The notes under the pieces are model-generated. The model searched no databases. It was not told the DNA's origin and was given only the letters and a program-made list of their open reading frames with translations. Shown one piece after another: positions 50,294 to 64,000 of a DNA stretch of 64,000 nucleotides; position 1 is the first letter of the stretch, and each line of letters begins with the position of its first letter. The position numbers and the translations under genes were made by a program. Origin of the DNA: Lingula anatina (lineage: Eukaryota; Animalia; Brachiopoda); contig CM120641.1 in assembly GCA_051362555.1 (NCBI GenBank), positions 5,828,001 through 5,892,000 of the forward strand. The letters are read 5' to 3'.

Positions 50294-51038
50294 TGTATAA
50301 ATGCCAAAGAGACCCTGTACAAACAACAACAAAAGGTAATTTTTTGACAAATATGTTTTTCTTTATTACATTTATATGAAAAGCTGGCTGTCCTATAAAG
50401 ACTGACAAGTCACAATCATTTAAATTTTACTAAGTCAGTGACGACTGAAATATGCACTTTATAGTAATACCACTTGAGCTTTCTATAAAAACCACCAGAA
50501 ACAATTGCCGTACCATGCTGAGGTAACACATCTTATATATGTATACTAAAATTATCAAATATTCCATCCTAAAAGCACGTAATAAGGACAAGTCTATATT
50601 TTAATGAAGAATGTTGTGCATAACACTTAACAGGACTTGCAACAATTTATGTAGCATGGTTCTTCCAACAAATAAGTTGTTTTTATGAAAATCACCTGCA
50701 ATATTTTTCATTAAACTCCCCAACACAATTTTCATATAAAGACACACAAATGTTTTGTAACTGTCTTTCTTTCAACCAATAAAAGTTCTACATACATTTT
50801 CATATAGAAACAGATACTAACTTTGGAACATGATAGGAAAGACACAGAGACCATAACACCTATTTAAATATTCAGAGATGTGGCTGAATCATGGTAAAAT
50901 TCCCTGAAACCAGGAAATTCCCTCAGTAATCATATCCATGATATTTAGTTAAATAAATTAATTCATAAATGCATCAAATGCAATGCAGTAAAGACAACTT
51001 AAAGCAAAGCTGTTTGTGAATAAACCAAGAATGCTCAA

Positions 51039-56474
<5,436 letters not shown>

Positions 56475-56704
56475 CTTTTCTCTGCGGAAAAAAAACCGCA
56501 CCCGAGTCTGTAAAGTATATGGTGATTGGCCAGTACATGAAACAGAGCCAATCAAATGTTTTGATGGAAAATGAATATCTGACCTTAAGCTGACCTTGAG
56601 ATAGCTATTTTCACCAATATATGTCAGATTCAGCATGGATTGTTGACATGGTTGTGCACTAGGATTAAAACTATTTGTGACTAGTCTCTACTTCATCTGT
56701 TTTA
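56475..56704. promoter_or_regulatory. Bidirectional promoter region, DCTN4/BOLA1
   Basis: Divergent ATGs are 230 bp apart; opposed CCAAT boxes (GATTGGC near 56524, GCCAATC near 56547). Confidence 0.65.
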
Positions 56705-56720
56705 ATGAGTTTGGGTAAAT

Positions 56721-56755
<35 letters not shown>

Positions 56756-57718
56756 CAAATGCACACACCACAGAAAGCAGGTTAGATGCATATTGACTTT
56801 TTTGTAATAATTCACGGCAACACAGAATTGATCATAAAACGACGAAAACCATTGTTTTTCCTTGATTTCATTTTACTATTTATGCCTATATATATTGCAC
56901 TGGCAATTCCTATTATTCCTATTACAGCCTATTAGTACGCTCTCCTGTCACCATGAATACATGTAGTACATGGTATGAAATTTTCAGGATTATGCCTGAT
57001 TGCAGGATTTTCAATGTTGATTTTTATCATTTTATTTATTTTCTTTTTTTTTTTTCAAGTGGTCTAAATGCAATGAGAAATTGCAAGCTATTTTGGGGGG
57101 ATTTTTAGTTTTTACAACTTGAACCCATGTGAACATGAAAACCACATAAAGCAGTGTTTTAAATAACCATGCTAGACTACCATATTGCCAAAATTAATTA
57201 AAAAAAGAAAACAAAACACTCTGGTTTGTTATTTTTAGCTGAATTTCATATACTGTCAGTATAGCCTTTATTACTGTATATGCGTCTTTTTATACTGCCT
57301 CTGTATTGTATACAGCACATCATGTACATGGTAATCTCAAATTGACTTACACGCCAGTCACTAGACAGCAGGATGCAATTGGCATGATATTGGCCCAAGA
57401 TTGGGTGGGTTGGATGACCAACGTTGGCTCATTGGTTTGAATTCCAACCACCGCCTTCAAAACACTGAGCCAACATTGTTTGCCCAACCACTGCCTTCTT
57501 GCTTTCTGGGTCTTGAATCTGATTAATGCACTCTCAGTCTGTAATGATGACAGTACTACCTTATCTGCAGCATTTCAGTTTTGGCTCTTGTATCATCACT
57601 CTATTTATAATGGTTAAATACAGGCTATGTGCTTTTTCTACCTCTATCTGTCAGGTGACGACTGACTGTCATGCTTGTGCCACATTCCATTCAAATTTCT
57701 ACGTAGTACTACATATCA

Positions 57719-57757
<39 letters not shown>

Positions 57758-60063
57758 TATTTTATTTTATTTTATTTTATTTTATTTTATTTTATTATTA
57801 TTATTATTTTTTTTTTTTTTGCAGGTTTAAAACAACTTGTTACCTTAGGGCGAGTGCCTTGTGTGTGCAATCTGCAGGTGATTAGAAGATTATGCTCAGC
57901 TGGAATCTCACAGAGCTCAATGGAGCATGTAAGTGGAATCAACAGTGTGTCTTTGTGTTTTGGTGTAGGAGGGGGTGTACATGTATTTATGTAAAACATG
58001 TGAGACAGGCCTTATAACAAATTAGGCATTAACTAACACTGCCCACAGATCTTTTGGCACAAATGCCTGTATTACCAACAAAACCCACAAATTAACCAAC
58101 GTACTGTACAATTATTTAGCACCAACAAAGTGATACCTAGCACAAACATCCATCTGCTCTGGTAGTGCTGGCTAATTTGTGGATTATGTGGTTAATATGG
58201 GTGTTAGTGCTAAAAGAAATGCGGGCAGTGTTAGTAAATGCCTAATCCGTTTATAAGATATCAAGAATATGTTACCACTGGCACTTAGCAATTTACTCTT
58301 GAAATTAGCAATAAATGAAAATGTATTAAAGTGTTAGAAATGCCTTTATTTCTTCTCTTGTCACCTAGGCAGTAGACCAAAGAATTAATAACCCAGCTTG
58401 GAATATATCAGCTCAAATTTTCAAAGCTTCAATATTGCATTTTTTTGGAGATAAACTCAATATTTTGTCTTAGTTTATTTTGCACAGAAATCTTTACACC
58501 TTATTCCCCCCCCCCCCCCCCCCAAAAAAAAAAAAAGAGATTTTAAAAAAGCAAAGTGTAACTTGTACTAGTAATAACTGCATGCTTAATTTGACTCAAG
58601 TTCTGGTTATCTTCAATTGCTTATAAGTGCATAATGGCACTGACTCCTAAGGCTAGAAAGATGCAGATTTCCCCCCTCTTTAAAATGTGTGGCTTTGGGC
58701 CAATGAGCCACTGCTTATTTCATACACTGCATTACAAATGTATTGTTACTTAAAATATTGACTTTATTTCAGGAAAAGCCAGTGGAGTCATTAATCAGGA
58801 AGAAGTTGGCTGAAGCTTTTGAGGTTAATATATATTTTAGTTATTGTTACACAAAATTGTTGCACAGAGTAATACTGATTTGAAAGTCCACAAGAGAGTT
58901 AAAGTATGCATAAAAAGAATTTGATAAATTGCTGAATGTAAAATATACTGTGTAACTAATCCCATTAAAGCCATTGATATTCATGGTATCTTGTTTCTGT
59001 TACAAAGTGCCTCTTTTTTCATTACAGCCAGTCCATTTTGAGATAATAAATGAGAGCTATATGCACAAGGTACCAAAAGGTAAGACTAAGAGTGTGTGGA
59101 ATATCCATGTGCTTGTCAGTATTTAAAGAAAAAGATGTCCTTATTTTTTATTTATTTAATATGAGAATGTGTTTTATAAATTTTATTAGTTTAAATTGTT
59201 CATGTATTTTAAGTGTTGCACACCTGCTTCTTTGATAAACAAAACTGAATGCAATTTCCATTTTCTTTCTTTCTTTCTTTTTTTTTTTTTTTTTAATATA
59301 GATGTTTTGTCTTTTAGGATCAGAACTGCACTTCAGGATTTTGGTAGTGTCAGAAAAATTTGAAAATGTACCCATGATCAAGGTCAGCATTTATTTATTT
59401 TATAGCCTCTTAATTATTACAAAGCATGCTAACATACCCAAGGAACCAGAAATTCTTAATTATATCTCTGTCAGATAACAGTTTACAAATGCAATATATA
59501 AGACTTCTCTGAAGTTCAATTATACTTACAAGGGCGCAATAAGCTTGGTTTTCATACATGATTATGGGAGCTTGGTAACGCTTATTGTTATAGTCAACAT
59601 TACTGAATGAATGAAGCGAAGTGTTTGTGGGAAGAATGGAAAAGTTCTTTGACAATGATACATAATTATGTTTTTTTATCCTGTAGAGACACCGGCTGAT
59701 AAATGATGCCCTCAAAGAAGAACTCAGCACACACATTCATGCACTGGCTATAGTTGTGAGTGTTCTGATACTGAAGGAAATAAAATGGTTTAACCATGTA
59801 TTCTAAAAAACAAAGAAAAAAGCACATATGTACTCTGTATGGTCAGGCCTCAGCATAAAAGCCATAAAATTTATTTATGAAAAGGACTAGAAAATACATG
59901 CTTCTCATTTAATGTATAAAGAAATTTTACAATTATATACATCTACTTATTTAAGTCAGTGTATCCATTTGCTTATATACAGGCAAAAGCTCCATCACAG
60001 TGGAAGAATCAGGATGTTGACATAGGTAAATCTCCCACCTGCCTGGGAGGTTTCGGGATTTGA
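56705..60063 (+). CDS. BOLA1: BolA-like protein 1 (probably mitochondrial), 7 exons, 143 aa
   Basis: Exons 56705-56714, 57825-57928, 58773-58823, 59028-59079, 59318-59382, 59687-59755, 59983-60063. Protein includes PVESLIRKKLAEAFEPVHFEIINESYMHKVPKGSELHFRILVVSEKF..RHRLINDALKEEL..IHALAIVAKAPSQW..SPTCLGG. The 10-nt first exon is inferred from phase. Confidence 0.88.
56723..56752. repeat. (TC)n microsatellite
   Basis: Dinucleotide run just after the BOLA1 exon 1 donor. Confidence 0.9.
58011..58257. mobile_element. Long hairpin MITE in a BOLA1 intron
   Basis: About 90-bp imperfect arms: CTTATAACAAATTAGGCATTAACTAACACTGCCC..CCACAAATTA and TAATTTGTGG..GGGCAGTGTTAGTAAATGCCTAATCCGTTTATAAG. Confidence 0.75.
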
Positions 60064-62595
60064 CCCTGTACAGTAAACGATTTTCACAGTGTCAACTACA
60101 TATCCACCACTGGCTGATACTGAAATATGGATGTAAAAGATCCACACGGCGAAGGTGCCACTTGTGTACCCTCTACCAGGGCAACAGATTGATTTTTCAC
60201 AAGATATTCACAAATGTCTTTAGATAAATAGACAGTCATTTCATTCTCTTTTTCAAGATTTCCCTATAATATCTGATACCCTGGTAGAGAGTACCACTTG
60301 TCTTGGATGTCACTGGTTCAGCAGCATATCTGGCTATCAGCTCAACTTTATTGGTTCTAGTGTAATCAGGAATGAAGACTGATCAGTGAAAATGATGATG
60401 ATGATGTTTATTAATGAAGTCTGATCTGTCTTCAGTCTGTGGCCATTTTATGTATAATATGTCAATAAAGAAAATGAGAAATGTAATGTTCTGAAATATA
60501 CATTCTTGGCTAAAATATAGAAAAAAAGAGGAATAAAGTATCTTGATATGTTATTGGTGACACCGATTTTTGTTTTTTAAAAAAAGGATGTTTTCTTATG
60601 AAATCAGTTGGTAGTACATAGTGCATGCCTTTACCTCTGGTAGAAGGATTTTTTTAAAGTAATGACAAACCCTTCATACTATCTTTTATTACTATGCTTT
60701 TTAACCAAGGATAAATATCTCCGGTGAACACATATTGAATTGATTGAATGAATGAATAATAAATGTTTATTATTTGATGATTTTTGTTCATTTGTTGTCT
60801 AAGGAAAAAAAGAAGACTCACAATAAAGAAAAAAATGGGTTATAGAATAGAGCAAACATTGTGTTTGTCATTATTTTGTACTGTAAGCAATGGCCTTAAT
60901 AAAGCACTCATTGTGAAGGGAAATAATTTAATGTAAATTTCAATTAAAATGGTTGATAACTGTAACACTTGATGTGCAAAGAAAAAGGTGTAGATTACAT
61001 CAAAGCTGGCAACAAAATTTTATTTAGCAGTCTGATTGGTTCAAGTTGGTTTGACTTTGCCCAGATGGTGCTGTCATTCCTCTCCTTATTGTGATTTGAT
61101 GCATAAGCAGCATATTTTGTTTTGTTTTGAACTTTTTTTCAGATGAAGTAAATGCAAGATGGTTATTTAAGTCAAGGTATAGAAATAGATTCTTGTTGAT
61201 TTGTGTTATATTATATTATACCTTGCATTTGTACATTCATTTCTAATTGTACTCATTAAATTCATCGACTGTTAAGTCCTGGGTTTTCGCTGAGAGAGAA
61301 AGCAATTGTGCTAGTTCTTGTTTTCTATAAACGCTTACAAGATACATGTAATGCTGGCCACACAACAGCTTTAGGTTGCTCAGAAGGCATTTCAGAGCCC
61401 TTGGGTGTCATGCAGTATAATCTGTAGATAAAACTCACTCCAAGTACTCTTAAATTAGTAGTTTCATTATGGCTCTGAACAGTATGGCTAGACTTTGCAC
61501 CCACTGCTAATCTGAGAACTTGATTATTCCAGGAACATGCCTGCGACACACAGCGTGATAAAAGTGATTGTTGTGATAAAAAACATCATTTGTCTAAATA
61601 TGTTTCCCCTTTGCAAATGTAAAAGATATTGCCCAAGGGAGAAAATGAATGGAAATCTAATGAAAGAGTGCAGAGAAAGACATGTTTCTTGAAATTGTTC
61701 AGCTGAGAGTGATGTTCAGCTATATCTTTATCCCAAATTGCTTTTTGACAAATTTTGAAATGACTCATGAAGCCAAATGTCCTGCAGTGGGTTACTATAA
61801 TTATGACTACTTAAATAGGACATGAGATCCAAATTATTTTGATAGCATAGTTTATTGGACGTGACGTGCGATAGTGAAGCTTTGCCTCACCCAGAAAAAA
61901 CTCATAAAAGCCATTTTCAACAAAGAATATTTATGATTACTTGTGAATTAATTTCAACTTGATAGCATCTGTGTAAATGTATAATGCATATCACTATGAA
62001 AAACTTAAATTAGACCTTAACATTATTCACTCATTGTTAATTTATGATTTAGGAGAAAGGTACAAAATATTTAAGGCATCGATACCATTACTTATAATAA
62101 ACACGGTTTTTGCTAATAAGAATTTTTAATTTCTTTTCTGTCTCCTCTATGCTCGTTATGATTTGCACAAATTTCCAAAAAGAGAAAGCGTCCAATTTTC
62201 TTACTGAATGGTGAAAACAATGCTGGCATCAATGTCACTTTAAATGATGAAAAATAATAACCCCAAAAAAGCAACTGCAGTGGAAAATTATTATAAACTA
62301 GAAAAGCACTTGGAATGTAACTAATTTTAAAAATATATGATTGATTGATGAGGTTTCTGTTGCTTTGTCATAGGACAAGATCGTCCTGGAATGTTACTCT
62401 ATATATTATTTGGTCAAGAGTTGAATGGCAGGTTCTTGGACATAATTCACATAGCTAGGTCTGTTGAAAATAAAAACCTTTCTATACACATACATGGATC
62501 CAAGTCTTTGCATTTGCATACCAGTATTATAGTACACATAGATAATCATTCCTTCTGACAAGCAAGGGCAAAACTCTTACTTAAAGGTACTTCTG

Positions 62596-63619
62596 TCAAA
62601 TATTTGGATCATTGAACACACTTTTAGCTATGTTTTTCATGGTGCTATATCTCTGCCTAGGAGACTGGCTCTTGGACGCCTCGTAGTTCTCATACATGGC
62701 TTCAATCAGCTGCTTGATATGCAATATTTTCTCTTGATAATCACTTGCTTCCATTTCCATGTTAACAGTGAGTGCCTGTACTTCTTTTTTGGAGTTTTCT
62801 GCAAAATAAGTTTGATGATGCAATAATGTCATCATTTGAATAATGTTTTTTTTTTTTATTGTGTCTGCCTGTGTTGAGCTCAGTGAAATGTTTTAGAAGA
62901 TCATGAAACCATGTAAGGCCTTTTTATATCAAGTATTATATTTCAAAAGTTCCATCTGTAGCAGTATGTTTTGAAAAGTCTTACAATAATTACACTACAA
63001 GACATTGAATTCCCTTCACAAGTTCACTTTCTATGATTGGGCAGAATTTCTAACTGGAGTGTGCTCTTTTTAATACTCAAAAGCTCACATGCTGATACAT
63101 GTATGTACATGTACCCAGGTCCGTAGCCAGGAGAGGATTCAGGTACAAGAAGGTTTCACGGTTAAAAGTCCACTTTTTCAGAAAATACCCCCCCCCCCCC
63201 CCCCGCGCCTTTTGAAATTGCTGGCTATGGGCCTGGTGCCAATCAAAATTAATTTTTTGTTCCAGCCAAAGTTGGGCAGATCGTGAAGATGGCAATATTG
63301 TACCTAGTTTGTATCTTGCAGCCAGCATTGACCTGTCTCTCAGTTGCTGTACTTTTTCTGCTAGGTCCCTGGATCCTGCCAGCATCCCCACACTTTCAGT
63401 GGCAGCTCCGCTACTTTCTTGTTCCATCCTCTGAAAGTGATCATAGCAGGTTTTTATCATGTCTTTTAGTTGTCTATATCTGCATATGGGAAGACCATGT
63501 TTTGCTCTCTGGAAATGCTGTGACAATTCATCCACCAGTGCTTTATATTGATTGTACTTTGCTTCAAGTTGATCTCTTTCTGCATGGACTCTTGCAGCTG
63601 TGTTCTCTGTCCTTCCCAT
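62596..63619 (-). CDS. Uncharacterised 172-aa helical protein with an internal two-fold repeat
   Basis: Exons 63619-63304 and 62798-62596, joined in phase 1 (YKL-E-NSKK). In-frame TGA upstream of the ATG. A 5' UTR intron is suggested by a donor near 63760 and an acceptor near 63654. Confidence 0.75.
63117..63235. mobile_element. Short MITE of the same family as 32155-32339
   Basis: CAGGTCCGTAGCCAG ... CTGGCTATGGGCCTG termini with a poly-C tract. Confidence 0.65.
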
Positions 63620-64000
63620 GATGAGCTCCTGTTCCTTAGATCACAACAACCAGCTGAAAAATAAAAATATATTATGATATTATACAATAGGAATTACATG
63701 AATGAGAGAAAATATTTTCAATATCAAAATTATTTTGTCACGAAATTAGTTTCATCTTACCTCAACATATGCTGTTCATCACCAGAAAAATAAACAGATG
63801 CTGCTTTAAAATACTACATGATGGTGATAAATTTACACTTTGTACTGATTTCATCATGCCATTTTTCATCCACTGGACACCTTCTTAAAATGTGCATTTA
63901 TGTACACATGTACTATAAAAACCAAGATCACTGTCGGGCTTAAACATTAGTTTATTGTTGATTAAAAAAACTGAATAATTATATTAAAAAATCACAAAAT

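Noticed and set aside
63077-63303. C-terminal part of the 180-aa ORF (GGGGGYFLKK)
   Set aside because: Read-through into an intron and MITE; the splice at 63304 gives a coherent protein.

Overview
AT-rich, intron-containing animal genomic DNA, probably from a spiralian (mollusc-, brachiopod- or annelid-like; inferred from the Nodal sequence and repeat types). Gene models were assembled by hand from GT-AG exons. In order: an intronless stretch of SHQ1 (5'-truncated by the window), two tandem cytosolic sulfotransferases (-), a Rab15-like GTPase (+), a two-exon Nodal (-), two head-to-head TMEM243-like paralogs, a TNIP/ABIN-like ubiquitin adaptor (-), DCTN4 (-) head-to-head with BOLA1 (+), and an uncharacterised 172-aa protein with an internal repeat (-). 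Mobile DNA includes a Helentron-type non-autonomous element carrying a 146-bp tandem array, a 3.9-kb P-element-like insertion (31-bp TIRs, 7-bp TSD) with possible spliced cargo, a 5'-inverted RTE LINE fragment, Kolobok-like TTAA MITEs and several hairpin MITEs. Most notable: the ABIN-like protein combining LIR, UBAN and NZF motifs with NF-kB-like sites nearby, the P-like element, the twin-priming-type RTE inversion, and Nodal. Family calls are from recognition of sequence, not database searches.
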